From a virus, in IMG/VR virus record IMGVR_UViG_3300020473_000016: 64,000 bases of DNA; one strand, written 5' to 3'. The notes under the pieces are model-generated. The model saw only the letters and a program-made list of their open reading frames with translations. It searched no databases and was not told the origin of the DNA. Position numbers and translations under genes: made by a program. Shown here one piece after another: positions 47,243 through 56,755 of the stretch (the stretch's first letter is position 1; the number at the start of each line of letters is the position of its first letter).

Positions 47243-47887
47243 CTATGACGCAAATCCAGCAAGTTGTGTGATGTCGTTGTTGACCGTGTAATGACGCATG
47301 TATGCAAATTGTGCAGTGACAGAAGCAATTTGAGTTGATCCAAACTGCATTGGTACAGCATCAATTGCATATGGGTAAGCTTTCTCTAAAATATATGTTA
47401 TTGCAGATCTTGGTCTTTGACTTCTTGCTAATTCTGCCTTACTAATCGCAATATCACACATATAATAATCTGGGTAATTTAGTCTAACTGTTCTATTCTT
47501 GCGTTTATATGAACCATAAGCAGCCTCCATAGGTTGATTTTTAGTGTTAAATGACATACCATCATATGATCCGTTAAAGATATAATCATTCCAAGCATTT
47601 AAAAACTTCAACATACCTAAATTAGCATCAAGTTGAAATCCTAACTGAATTTCCGTAAACACACGAGTATGTGCATATGGAACTGATCCAGAACCAACAT
47701 ACATTCCATTAATATTACCTTGAGCAGTGTTAATGTTTGGCAACTGTGCTTCACTACACATATGCTCTGTCATTACATCCAAATCTGGAATCTTAACAGG
47801 AGGATTTAAAAACTTAACTTTAAAGTTGTTTGTAGTTGCCATACCGCCATTCTTGGCGATAAGTTCAATAAAATTCTTTACGGACAC
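47243..47887 (-). CDS. tail tube-like / baseplate-tube initiator (gp54/gp19 family)
   Basis: GTG start; CSEAQLP...PYAH...EIQLGF...YILEKAYPYAID...VTAQFAY. Confidence 0.75.
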   Translation of the reverse strand: MSVKNFIELIAKNGGMATTNNFKVKFLNPPVKIPDLDVMTEHMCSEAQLPNINTAQGNINGMYVGSGSVPYAHTRVFTEIQLGFQLDANLGMLKFLNAWNDYIFNGSYDGMSFNTKNQPMEAAYGSYKRKNRTVRLNYPDYYMCDIAISKAELARSQRPRSAITYILEKAYPYAIDAVPMQFGSTQIASVTAQFAYMRHYTVNNDITQLAGFAS

Positions 47888-47888
47888 C

Positions 47889-47920
47889 CTAAATACCTAT
47901 ATTGGTACAATTATATTTAT
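47889..47920. promoter_or_regulatory. divergent late promoters
   Basis: CTAAATA (+, 47889-47895) and ATAAATA (-, 47914-47920). Confidence 0.65.
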
Positions 47921-48350
47921 GGCATACTCTGGATTGTATAAACCCATACATCCCAGAAAGTATCGTGGCAATCCAACTAGGATAGTTTATAGATCATTAT
48001 GGGAACGTAAATTCATGGTGTATTGTGATAATACACCAGGTATTTTAGAGTGGGGAAGTGAAGAAGTTATAATACCATATCGTGCTCCCGATGGGAGAGT
48101 GAGAAGATATTATCCAGACTTTTACATAAAAGTTCGTGAGAAGTCAGGACAAATATCAAAATATATTATTGAAATTAAACCTAAGAAACAAACAAAACCC
48201 CCTTATGGTAAAGATAAGAGAACTGCTGCATATAAGAAAGCTGTTCTGACGTTTGCAAAAAACCGTGCTAAATGGGATGCTGCTCAGAACTTCTGTGAAG
48301 ACAGGCAGATGAAATTTTTAATACTCACAGAGGATCATTTAGCGGTATGA
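47919..48350 (+). CDS. gp4: head completion protein gp4
   Basis: MAYSGLYKP.HP.KYRG....IVYRSLWERKFM...YYPDF. Confidence 0.93.
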   Translation: MAYSGLYKPIHPRKYRGNPTRIVYRSLWERKFMVYCDNTPGILEWGSEEVIIPYRAPDGRVRRYYPDFYIKVREKSGQISKYIIEIKPKKQTKPPYGKDKRTAAYKKAVLTFAKNRAKWDAAQNFCEDRQMKFLILTEDHLAV

Positions 48351-48354
48351 GAAA

Positions 48355-49041
48355 ATGGCAAAAGGATTTGGAGAAGTACAAACAGTTAACCCTACAAACA
48401 AGTCAGGGCAAAACACACTGTTTGAAAAAATAAACGTTGCTGCTGGAGGAGAGAAGAAACCTCTTTCATGGTACAGAACAACAGTAAAAAGAATAGCAAC
48501 TGGATATAATAAGAATTTTGAAAAGTATATTAGAGACGAGAAGAAAGATAGAGGTGAAGCATCCGAAGATCAAGACCAAAATGAACTAAGACGGTATGTT
48601 ATACAAGGTCACATGTATATGTTTGAGTACGAAGCGAAGAGCAAGTATCTTCCTTACTACGACAAATTTCCACTTGTATATGTTATTAAGTCTAGTAAGA
48701 GTGAATTCTGGGGTCTCAACTTACATTACATACCATTAAAGAAAAGAATAGCAGCAACAAATAAACTAATGAGTGATAGAATTGACATGCCTAAGAGGTG
48801 TCTACATAAATATCTACATAGTCATGTGCAAGGACTTTATCTTGACCTTGCGAAATCGGAATGGGATACTGCTATCCTATTACCTACTGATCACTTTGTT
48901 AAGTCAGCCCAAAAAGCAGAATTTGATATTGCTAGGGAAGATGTGTGGAAAGATACCAATGATGCTTTCTATGATAAATTTAAAGCAGCAAGAGTCGTAA
49001 AAGGATACGGCACTGTACAAAGTAGAGAAATGGCACAATGA
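48355..49041 (+). CDS. gp2: DNA end protector protein gp2
   Basis: LPYYDKFPLV...GLNLHY...HKYL..HV. Confidence 0.88.
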   Translation: MAKGFGEVQTVNPTNKSGQNTLFEKINVAAGGEKKPLSWYRTTVKRIATGYNKNFEKYIRDEKKDRGEASEDQDQNELRRYVIQGHMYMFEYEAKSKYLPYYDKFPLVYVIKSSKSEFWGLNLHYIPLKKRIAATNKLMSDRIDMPKRCLHKYLHSHVQGLYLDLAKSEWDTAILLPTDHFVKSAQKAEFDIAREDVWKDTNDAFYDKFKAARVVKGYGTVQSREMAQ

Positions 49042-50309
49042 CAGACCCATATGAAGGATTAAACATTCCAACAATTACACCTGATAATCGTAACTGGTTT
49101 CAAAGAAGACAAGATGCTACTAGAACCTGGATGTATGATTGGAAAGAAAATCTAGGCGATAGATATGAAGAGGGTAAGAGGATCCGAGCAGAAAACAGAG
49201 AAGAAGCAAAACTGGAAGCATTACAGAAAGCACAAGCAGCAGCACTGAAACCAGTTGGTCCTAGTTCTCAAGGATCAATAAGATATCCTGCTGATACTAT
49301 TGAATCAGAATCTGATTATGTACTCTTTAACTTTTATAGATACACTCCTCCATTTAAAACTGGTGGATCAAATACTACCAAATTAGGTGGAAACTTTCAG
49401 TTCAATTGGGGAGGTGGAGGTCAGGAAGAAAAAATAGCAGAACTTGCTGCTGCCGAAAACTCTAATACAACCCCACAACAATTACTGAATCAATATAATA
49501 AATCTGCTATGTATTCTAGGGAAGAAGTATTAAGTCCCATAATGTTATACATGCCAGAAGATGTATCAACTTCTTTCAAAGCAAACTGGACTGGTAAAGC
49601 ATTTAGTAACCTAGCAAGAGATGCTATGCAAGCAGCATCTGCTCAAGGTTGGGGTAAACTAACAGCTGCTGGTGATACGTTAAACAATGCTGTTAGAAAT
49701 GCTGTACCATTAACAGGAGCAGCTGCAATAAGAACAGCAACACAAAAAATTACTGGAGATAGTTTATCAAACGATGATGTTTTTGGAGCAATCAGTGGAG
49801 TTATCTTAAATCCAAATGCAGAAATGTTATTTGGTGGTATGGAATTTAGAAACTTCTCTTTAAATTATAAAATGGTTCCACGTAATCCAACAGAAGCAAG
49901 AAACATAAAAAATATTATAAAGACATTCAAGACAGCAATGTTACCATCCCATAGTACTGCTGGTAATGCTAAGATATTTGGTACTGATACATCTATGGTA
50001 TTTGATGAGAAAGCAGGATGGGACTTTACAGGATTCCTTAGTGCAATGAGGAATAATATGAACAGCATAGATAATGCATTCATTGCTGTTCCTAATCTAT
50101 GTCTTGTAAGTTTTATGAGTGGTAGTGGTTTGAATCAAAATGTACCACAGTATAAGATGTGTGCTATAACTAATGTAGATGCTAACTACACACCAGATGG
50201 TACATGGGCTACTTATGATGATGGAACACCAGTTGCTACAACATTAAATATATCATTCCAAGAAACAAAACTTATATTTGCAGAGGAAGTTGCAGGAGGA
50301 ACATTCTAA
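49038..50309 (+). CDS. gp48: baseplate tail-tube cap gp48
   Basis: LYMPEDV...NPNAEMLFGG..FRNFSLNYKMVPRN..EA...ISFQET. Confidence 0.9.
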   Translation: MTDPYEGLNIPTITPDNRNWFQRRQDATRTWMYDWKENLGDRYEEGKRIRAENREEAKLEALQKAQAAALKPVGPSSQGSIRYPADTIESESDYVLFNFYRYTPPFKTGGSNTTKLGGNFQFNWGGGGQEEKIAELAAAENSNTTPQQLLNQYNKSAMYSREEVLSPIMLYMPEDVSTSFKANWTGKAFSNLARDAMQAASAQGWGKLTAAGDTLNNAVRNAVPLTGAAAIRTATQKITGDSLSNDDVFGAISGVILNPNAEMLFGGMEFRNFSLNYKMVPRNPTEARNIKNIIKTFKTAMLPSHSTAGNAKIFGTDTSMVFDEKAGWDFTGFLSAMRNNMNSIDNAFIAVPNLCLVSFMSGSGLNQNVPQYKMCAITNVDANYTPDGTWATYDDGTPVATTLNISFQETKLIFAEEVAGGTF

Positions 50310-50311
50310 TC

Positions 50312-50950
50312 ATGTACTTCACAAATCTACCAAACATAAGATACAACGACAAACCTATCAGTTATCCTTACTCAGATGCTGATAAAGTTATCGTAAAAAA
50401 TCTTTTCAGAAGATATAAAATAGATGATAACTTGTTCTCTTATGGTGTTTTCTTTAAGAAATATACTATAAAAGATGGAGATAGACCTGATACATTAGCT
50501 AACCAAGCATACGGTGATCCATTTTTTGATTGGGTAATATTACTAACAAATAATATGGTCAACGTACAATATGATTGGCCAATGACTAACTATGAAATCT
50601 ATAAAACATTAGAGAGTGAGTATGATGATCCATATAATGAGATACATCACTACGAAATCTTAGAAGATTATGATAGGTATAAGAAAGGTACTTGGGTAGA
50701 CAAAAACTTTTATGATTCTACACATAAGTTCTACAATAAAGATACTGGTACTTATATAAACAAAGCAGGTAATACTATAGCAACATCAATTCCTGTTGCA
50801 GAACACTTTACGAAAGAGAATTTAAAGAAGAGAGAAATATACTTATTAAAACCTAGATACTTCAACAAATTTGTAGAAGACTTTAAAAAGCAGAACAAGT
50901 ATAAGAAATCATCTAATTATATTTCAACTACACTAAAGAGTACTAGCTAG
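50312..50950 (+). CDS. gp53: baseplate wedge subunit gp53
   Basis: MYF..LP.I.Y...Y.IKDGDRPDTLA...YGDP..DWVILLTN. Confidence 0.92.
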   Translation: MYFTNLPNIRYNDKPISYPYSDADKVIVKNLFRRYKIDDNLFSYGVFFKKYTIKDGDRPDTLANQAYGDPFFDWVILLTNNMVNVQYDWPMTNYEIYKTLESEYDDPYNEIHHYEILEDYDRYKKGTWVDKNFYDSTHKFYNKDTGTYINKAGNTIATSIPVAEHFTKENLKKREIYLLKPRYFNKFVEDFKKQNKYKKSSNYISTTLKSTS

Positions 50951-50961
50951 ACTTTTTGGGC

Positions 50962-50993
50962 AAAAAAATACCCCGAAAATTTTTCGGGGTTTT
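50962..50993. terminator. bidirectional terminator
   Basis: ACCCCGAAA/TTTCGGGGT stem flanked by A and T runs, between convergent genes. Confidence 0.8.
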
Positions 50994-51003
50994 AAGGAAC
51001 TGA

Positions 51004-51543
51004 TTAACAGTTTTTGCTGAGGTCTTCTGCCATGCTCCCACCAATTTCTGCACCTTGATCCATTCCGATCATCGTAGCTGCACCAGCAAGAACCCAACCG
51101 ACATAAGGAATAGAGGCGACACCAGTAGTAGCAACAGCACCACCGAGGCTACCCCCAACGATTCTTCCTGTTCCTTCTCCTGATCCGATTGCTTTGATAC
51201 ATGCTTCTGATTTACCAGATTCGATTGGGTTGTGAAACTTTGCCTGATCACGGAGTTTTGAATCAACAGGTACTTCTTTAACGACACTTTTAGTTTCGTT
51301 AGCGAATCCCAGAAAGCCACCTTTCTCCTTCACCTCCTCAGTTATCACAACAGTCTTAGGATCATTTGCTCTGTATTCTATTTCATATCCATCCATTGAA
51401 ACCTTTGCCTTGTAAGAAGTGTACTCACTTACAGGTAGATTTAATGATGGCATTTTACTGGGACGATTGGATAACATACCAATCATACCAATATGGGACA
51501 CCCCTAAGAGTGTCCCTAAACTTATACTAATCCATTTATTCAT
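51004..51543 (-). CDS. membrane protein with glycine-zipper C-terminus
   Basis: start reassigned to MNKWISISLG; GRIVGGSLGGAVA...GAEIGG. Confidence 0.75.
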   Translation of the reverse strand: MNKWISISLGTLLGVSHIGMIGMLSNRPSKMPSLNLPVSEYTSYKAKVSMDGYEIEYRANDPKTVVITEEVKEKGGFLGFANETKSVVKEVPVDSKLRDQAKFHNPIESGKSEACIKAIGSGEGTGRIVGGSLGGAVATTGVASIPYVGWVLAGAATMIGMDQGAEIGGSMAEDLSKNC

Positions 51544-51766
51544 ATTGATTTCTCTCATCTGGGGGAATTTCATCCTTTTTCTCATCCTTTTCAGGGTATA
51601 TTCTTTTATCATCTGATTCATATGGTGGTTGCACAGATGTAATAAAAGTACTAAGGTCTGGTGGTGCAGTACCACTAACAACAGCAGAACCAGTAGCAAC
51701 AATACCCAACGTGAGTGTTGTTGCAATCATCGTGGCTTCTGCCAACTGTAAAAGTTCAACTAACAC
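51536..51766 (-). CDS. small membrane protein
   Basis: 76 aa with one hydrophobic segment. Confidence 0.65.
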   Translation of the reverse strand: MLVELLQLAEATMIATTLTLGIVATGSAVVSGTAPPDLSTFITSVQPPYESDDKRIYPEKDEKKDEIPPDERNQYE

Positions 51767-51788
51767 TGGTCTTTTAATTACTATACAA

Positions 51789-51833
51789 AGTATAGCATGA
51801 GAAAGGGGGGTGTGTCTACCCCCTGTGCCACTT
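51789..51833 (-). promoter_or_regulatory. early-type promoter with upstream box
   Basis: AAGTGGCACA-N5-TAGACA-18-TATACT. Confidence 0.6.
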
Positions 51834-52018
51834 TAATAATCGTCATCCTTACTCTCAATGTATTCTTTGTTCCGTTTGCAAACACCATGCACATCTATTT
51901 CTTGATGAAGATGTGCCATAGTATGCAGTGCTTCTATACCACCGAAGCATATTATTAACATCATTGGTAGCATCCATAATGGATGACTTGCTACTTCTCC
52001 TGTGGTTCTTTTAGACAT
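51833..52018 (-). CDS. small membrane protein
   Basis: 61 aa, hydrophobic core. Confidence 0.6.
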   Translation of the reverse strand: MSKRTTGEVASHPLWMLPMMLIICFGGIEALHTMAHLHQEIDVHGVCKRNKEYIESKDDDY

Positions 52019-52692
52019 GGTAGATCAAAAAGTACTGTGTTTATGTATTCATCAGCCCATTCTTTATCAAATAACTTCTCTAGTATACCACGAGTCTTGT
52101 CGTTCTTCTTCTGTTGGTTACAATAATATACCTGATCATCATACCTCTTCATAGTATCAACCCACACATCATCCTTCAATGTATGATGTATATCATTAGA
52201 GAATACATTAAGATAGTTCATAACAATACAATAGAAATTTGCTATCTCTATGCTCTTACTAATACGCATGAACTTACAGTAAGGTGAGAAGATTTCGTCT
52301 GCCCACAATGGTAGCGGCCTTCTCTCACTAAATGTAAAGTTGTTACTGATCTCTCTTATCTGACTGTAGAATCTATCATCTACACCATGAACAGGAGACA
52401 CATCAACGATAGCAGCAGTGATTGACTTGTCAGTAGCAACTATATCACATCCAAAGATAGGTAGATTGTAATGTGGATCAGGATAGAATATAGAATGTAG
52501 TATCTTCAATCCATTTAGATCTGCTATCTCAACATGCATCTTCCTGAGTGAAGGACACTGATACATCTTGTTTGTAATGATCAAGTCATCCTTCTTCACT
52601 TCAGGAAATGGACTCTCTAATGATTTGACATCAGGAAAACTCTCCATCACCTGAGTGATTGTAAATGATAGATCGTCTACAATGTCACGCAT
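51991..52692 (-). CDS. pcyA: phycocyanobilin:ferredoxin oxidoreductase
   Basis: ILHSIFYPDPHYNLPIFGCDIV...AAIVDVSPV...LPLWADEIFS. Confidence 0.9.
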   Translation of the reverse strand: MRDIVDDLSFTITQVMESFPDVKSLESPFPEVKKDDLIITNKMYQCPSLRKMHVEIADLNGLKILHSIFYPDPHYNLPIFGCDIVATDKSITAAIVDVSPVHGVDDRFYSQIREISNNFTFSERRPLPLWADEIFSPYCKFMRISKSIEIANFYCIVMNYLNVFSNDIHHTLKDDVWVDTMKRYDDQVYYCNQQKKNDKTRGILEKLFDKEWADEYINTVLFDLPCLKEPQEK

Positions 52693-53356
52693 AACTGAAA
52701 AAGAACTCCCTGATTAATTTTTCTGACTCTTCCTTACCAAATGCATTGGATAAGTATCCTGAGATAGGATCAAGTCTTATCATATACTTATCAAAATCAT
52801 GATACAAACTTGTATCCATACCAGTAGGTTTTGCTTTCTCTATCATCTCTTTATAAAGTGACAAATAATATTTGAATGTTGGTATATATGTATCAACCTG
52901 TGACATTTCACAGTACCTTACAAATATATTATTAGAGAAGTGATTACCTGGTTCAAAGAAACGATATGTTTCTTCTGTCTTAGGTAATGGTGGTACATCT
53001 AATAGATAATTTTCTACTGGATGTTGGAAATCAAATACTATGATAACTTTCTTCTCAAAGAAACCCATAAGATCCATCCCAAAACAAGGAAGGTTAGCCC
53101 CTGTCTTAGGATAGATCACATTGTTATGGATATTTAATTTGTCATCCCAGATGTCAACATGTCTGGACTTAATAAAATACTGACCTGAATACAGGTCAGC
53201 AGTAAGATGGACATCTCTTTTATTAGTCCAATGAACATGTTGTTTCTCAAACTTCAGGTCAGGAAAAGTCTCAAAGACTACTGACCTGTAGTTTTTCCAG
53301 AGATCATTACTCCTCTGCGAGTTGTCTGAAGTAGGAGAGTGCATCATCATCTTCAA
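52685..53356 (-). CDS. pebS: phycoerythrobilin synthase (start uncertain)
   Basis: IYPKTGANLPCFGMDLM..KKVIIVFDFQHP...RFFEPGNHFS...LDP..GY. Confidence 0.9.
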   Translation of the reverse strand: MKMMMHSPTSDNSQRSNDLWKNYRSVVFETFPDLKFEKQHVHWTNKRDVHLTADLYSGQYFIKSRHVDIWDDKLNIHNNVIYPKTGANLPCFGMDLMGFFEKKVIIVFDFQHPVENYLLDVPPLPKTEETYRFFEPGNHFSNNIFVRYCEMSQVDTYIPTFKYYLSLYKEMIEKAKPTGMDTSLYHDFDKYMIRLDPISGYLSNAFGKEESEKLIREFFFSYA

Positions 53357-54206
53357 CTATTGTTTCTTCTTTCACTGGAACATTCGCACTTACTTTAGCA
53401 CGAAATGATGAAGGTTCAGGTGCAGCAACTGGTTCAAACTCCTCACTATCTACAGTAGGAACTGGTGCAGGTCTCTTTGCTAAACCGAGAACAAGATTCA
53501 ATCTCTTCTCTAGGTCTTCGTAAGACTTGAACTGATCCTTAGCAACAAATGCTTCTAAGGAATGTTCTTTCTTCCAGATCGTTTCCAATTCAGTATCATC
53601 TGAACTAAGAGCAGACACACTATCAAACTCACTGCTGTCATAGTTCCAGAAACCTGCTACTTTTTTAATCTTCAACTTAAAGTTTGCACCTTCCCAAAGA
53701 TCAAACACATTGATAGGTGTCTCATCTTGGAACTCAGGTTGCATTGCTGCAAGAATCTTGTCATGGATCTTCTTACCATACTTATATAAGAATGTTTTGC
53801 CCTCGTTCTCAGGGTTCTTAGGATCCTTAACAACTAAGATGTTACTGTAGTAAGATAGCTTACGCTTCTGTCTACGTGCAACCTCTTTACCTTCCTCTGT
53901 TCCAGCGTTCCAATGCTGTCTGTTTACCTCACCAACTGGATCCTTCTCACCTACTGTAGTGAGAGAGTTCTCGATGTACCAACCGCCAGGCCCTTGAAAG
54001 GCATGTGAATAAACCTTTGCCCATGGAACTGTCTCACCATCTGGTGCAGGAAGGAAACGAATAACAGCGTAACCATTACCTGATGCATCGACTTCAGGTT
54101 TCCAGAACCTTTCATCTACCTGCTTACCACTAACTGTTTTCTCTAATTCTTTTTGTAAAAATTCTAAATTATTTCTTGACTTCTTTTTTAATTGTGCAAA
54201 TGACAT
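53307..54206 (-). CDS. gp32: single-stranded DNA-binding protein gp32
   Basis: DERFWKP..D..GNGYAVIRFLPAP...GWYIENSLTT; acidic C-terminus. Confidence 0.96.
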   Translation of the reverse strand: MSFAQLKKKSRNNLEFLQKELEKTVSGKQVDERFWKPEVDASGNGYAVIRFLPAPDGETVPWAKVYSHAFQGPGGWYIENSLTTVGEKDPVGEVNRQHWNAGTEEGKEVARRQKRKLSYYSNILVVKDPKNPENEGKTFLYKYGKKIHDKILAAMQPEFQDETPINVFDLWEGANFKLKIKKVAGFWNYDSSEFDSVSALSSDDTELETIWKKEHSLEAFVAKDQFKSYEDLEKRLNLVLGLAKRPAPVPTVDSEEFEPVAAPEPSSFRAKVSANVPVKEETIVEDDDALSYFRQLAEE

Positions 54207-54243
54207 TAAGATTACCTCGTATTTAATCGGATTTGTTTAGGGT

Positions 54244-54437
54244 GGGAGATAGGAATAATGTATACCTACAAGTACAGGGCATTTCTACATAAGTAAATTT
54301 TTACTGTACTGCATGAGTCCTGTCTGGTTAAACAGTTCTGTGTTGCCACAGCGAGCACCACCTCTGACTCATCACCTTAACTAGACCATTGCCAGCAAGT
54401 TTGTTCAGTCACTCCCATGTGAGGTGATCAACCCCAC
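54244..54437 (-). ncRNA. candidate multi-stem RNA in the gp32 leader
   Basis: GGGAG/CUCCC closing stem, AUGAGUC/GACUCAU, GUACAG/CUGUAC, GCAA-tetraloop hairpin. Confidence 0.6.
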
Positions 54438-54444
54438 AAGAGAT

Positions 54445-54473
54445 ACTATAACCCAATACTATTTATTTGTCAA
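54445..54473 (-). promoter_or_regulatory. sigma70-like promoter with embedded TAAATA
   Basis: TTGACA-17-TATAGT. Confidence 0.8.
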
Positions 54474-54805
54474 CCCTCTTCCAACTTCTCTCTCATTATG
54501 TTAATCTTCTCTAACAATTCATCAAACATCTTTTCTATCGGTGTGTCTGGGGTAGCACCTAGCATTACTATACCTGCCTTCATAGATTCTACAACAGACT
54601 TTGCTTCAGGGTCATCACTCAACTGAAGACGAGCATGAAATATCTTTTGCTTCTCAATTAATTTTTCTAATGCCTCAAAGTATTCTATTTTTCTTTGTGG
54701 ATCTAGTAATATAAAATTCATAGCAGATCTAAAACAGAACTGCTGTAGTTCTATCATCTCTTGGATGTCTCCACGAACTAACTCTGACTGAAAGAATTTA
54801 CTCAT
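54470..54805 (-). CDS. conserved cyanobacterial/cyanophage protein (DUF1825-like)
   Basis: FFQSELV...LIEKQKIFHARLQLSDDPEA. Confidence 0.75.
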   Translation of the reverse strand: MSKFFQSELVRGDIQEMIELQQFCFRSAMNFILLDPQRKIEYFEALEKLIEKQKIFHARLQLSDDPEAKSVVESMKAGIVMLGATPDTPIEKMFDELLEKINIMREKLEEG

Positions 54806-55056
54806 ACTAACATCAACTTGGCACGACTTGTTTTTTTAATGAAGTTTAGTTCTTGTGCTTCATAGCGAAGCTTTTCTTTTAAAGGTTTGCTGATTAACTT
54901 ACCTACGTTATCTAGTTCAATCTCATTTTCTTCACAGTAGTGGATAACCGAATCAATATAGTTCATGTCTGGATTGTGTAGGGCAATCTTCTCCACTTCC
55001 TGCGAGAATTTCGCAGCGGTCATAAATTTATCCTCAAGTAATTGTTTTTTATCCAT
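54802..55056 (-). CDS. gp33: late-transcription coactivator gp33
   Basis: YIDSVIHYCEENEIE...KLISKPLKEKL..EA..LNF. Confidence 0.9.
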   Translation of the reverse strand: MDKKQLLEDKFMTAAKFSQEVEKIALHNPDMNYIDSVIHYCEENEIELDNVGKLISKPLKEKLRYEAQELNFIKKTSRAKLMLV

Positions 55057-55741
55057 ATCGTTGTTGGTACTCGTCGATGTAGTCTATGAGTTTAAGAAGA
55101 TACTCCTTCTTAGGTGGCTTAATTACGACTTGAGTTTCGCCATTCTCACAAGCAACAATAGTTACGAGTTGTTTGACAGTTAGACTGTATAATTCTTGCA
55201 AGCAACATGCATACGCTGTCTCTTGAAGGAAGTAATCATACATGTATGTTTCCTTCTTAGGTTCAGCAGAAGTTTTAAAATCTATTATGGATAACTCTCC
55301 ATCAAATTCAGCAATACAATCTACACGACCAGCAATCTCAAGATGATTTGAGTACAGTGCTCCTTCCTGTAGATAGATATTATTTATTCTATCTAGTACA
55401 TGCTTACTATTATGAAACATAATGGTAGGCAGAGGATACTTTTTATATTCATCTATGTCTAGTTTATTATTAAAATAATCTTCAACTATAGAATGATACT
55501 TTGTACCACGAGCAGCAGAACGTGAGGAGATTGCTGCTGCCTTCTCCTTACCTACTCGTGCTCTCCACTTAGCAAGACCTGCTTGCTTCTTAGCATTGCT
55601 ACCGATGACAGTGGTGACTGATGGATAGTGTTTACCATCTGGTGTGAGGTAAACTCTCTTACCATCTACCATCTCTGCTTTCATCTCAAGTGGAAAGCAT
55701 TTCACCTGATGATTGAATGGTGTGTGAGTACGTGTTGTCAT
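55049..55741 (-). CDS. PD-(D/E)XK exonuclease
   Basis: YPSVTT...RGTKYH...AGRVDCIAEFDG.LSIIDFKTS. Confidence 0.88.
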   Translation of the reverse strand: MTTRTHTPFNHQVKCFPLEMKAEMVDGKRVYLTPDGKHYPSVTTVIGSNAKKQAGLAKWRARVGKEKAAAISSRSAARGTKYHSIVEDYFNNKLDIDEYKKYPLPTIMFHNSKHVLDRINNIYLQEGALYSNHLEIAGRVDCIAEFDGELSIIDFKTSAEPKKETYMYDYFLQETAYACCLQELYSLTVKQLVTIVACENGETQVVIKPPKKEYLLKLIDYIDEYQQRYG

Positions 55742-56490
55742 AAACCCATATTAATTTTACTAATCAAGTACGACTTAACAAGACCAGAACGAACGATGTC
55801 CTCTATATTAAATTCAATTAAAGAGAACTCAGGCATTGTCTGTAAGATCTTTTGGAAATCTAAGATGCCTGTGCGTTCATTAGTCTTAACTAAATCTGTC
55901 TGAGCAGCATCACCACAGAATACTATCTTACTGTCTTGTCCAACTCTTGTTATTATACTATCAAGTTCATGAAAATTCAAGTTCTGACACTCATCAACTA
56001 TAACAATAGCATTATCAAATGTAGTACCACGTATGAATGAGGTAGACCAGAAAGAAATAGTTTCTTGTGCCTTTAGATTATGATACAGCATTTCATATGA
56101 TGCATCATCTGGCATCTCAAACATCGCTTGTACCATCTTCTTGTATGGTACTTGATATAAGAATGACTTATCATCAGCATCACCAGGTAAGAAACCAATC
56201 TCTCTTGATGGTACAAGAGATCGTACAAGGTAAATCTTTTCGTAAGGAGTAGTCTCACTAAGTACATCTTGTAATGCTTTATACATTGCAATGAATGTCT
56301 TGCCTGTACCTGCTACACCATAAGCATAGATCATTTTACCAGCATCCCACTCATCAAAGAAAATCTTTTGATTATCAGTGAGTGGTTCAATAGGAAACAT
56401 TAGTTCCTGATTGATTGGCTTGCGTCTTTTCTTTTGCTTGGCAGTCATACCCTGACCTGGTGCTTTAGTTGTTTTCTTTTTTACTGGCAT
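55738..56490 (-). CDS. phoH: PhoH-like ATPase
   Basis: GVAGTGKT; RSLVPSREIGFLPG; DECQN; FCGDAAQTD. Confidence 0.95.
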   Translation of the reverse strand: MPVKKKTTKAPGQGMTAKQKKRRKPINQELMFPIEPLTDNQKIFFDEWDAGKMIYAYGVAGTGKTFIAMYKALQDVLSETTPYEKIYLVRSLVPSREIGFLPGDADDKSFLYQVPYKKMVQAMFEMPDDASYEMLYHNLKAQETISFWSTSFIRGTTFDNAIVIVDECQNLNFHELDSIITRVGQDSKIVFCGDAAQTDLVKTNERTGILDFQKILQTMPEFSLIEFNIEDIVRSGLVKSYLISKINMGL

Positions 56491-56491
56491 G

Positions 56492-56755
56492 TTAATTATA
56501 CTTGTCTGTGATACTGCGGTTGTTATACCTTGCTGCTTTAGGTACTATTTTATTCTTCATTATATCACCCCAACCAGGATGTGTCTTGTTCATTTTATCA
56601 CGCCACTCACCTACCTCACCAGAACCAGCACATCCTTTTGACCAGTCTTTGTCCCAGTCAGGATTCTCTTCTCTCCACTCATCGTAGGCTTTCATAGACA
56701 TCATGAGTTCTTTCTCTTCACCAGTCTTTAAATTTTTTACAGGATATGTTGGCAT
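56492..56755 (-). CDS. conserved cyanophage protein (MPTYP N-terminus)
   Basis: start at MPTYPVKN (TAATG overlap with thyX). Confidence 0.75.
   Translation of the reverse strand: MPTYPVKNLKTGEEKELMMSMKAYDEWREENPDWDKDWSKGCAGSGEVGEWRDKMNKTHPGWGDIMKNKIVPKAARYNNRSITDKYN

Noticed and set aside
47727-47918. N-terminal extension of gp4 in the ORF track
   Set aside because: Overlaps the divergent gp54-like gene; gp4 similarity starts at MAYSG (47919), after a late promoter.
54420-54440. GGGGUUGAUC start reminiscent of tmRNA/tRNA
   Set aside because: No T-arm, acceptor CCA end or tag ORF; the segment forms a local hairpin.
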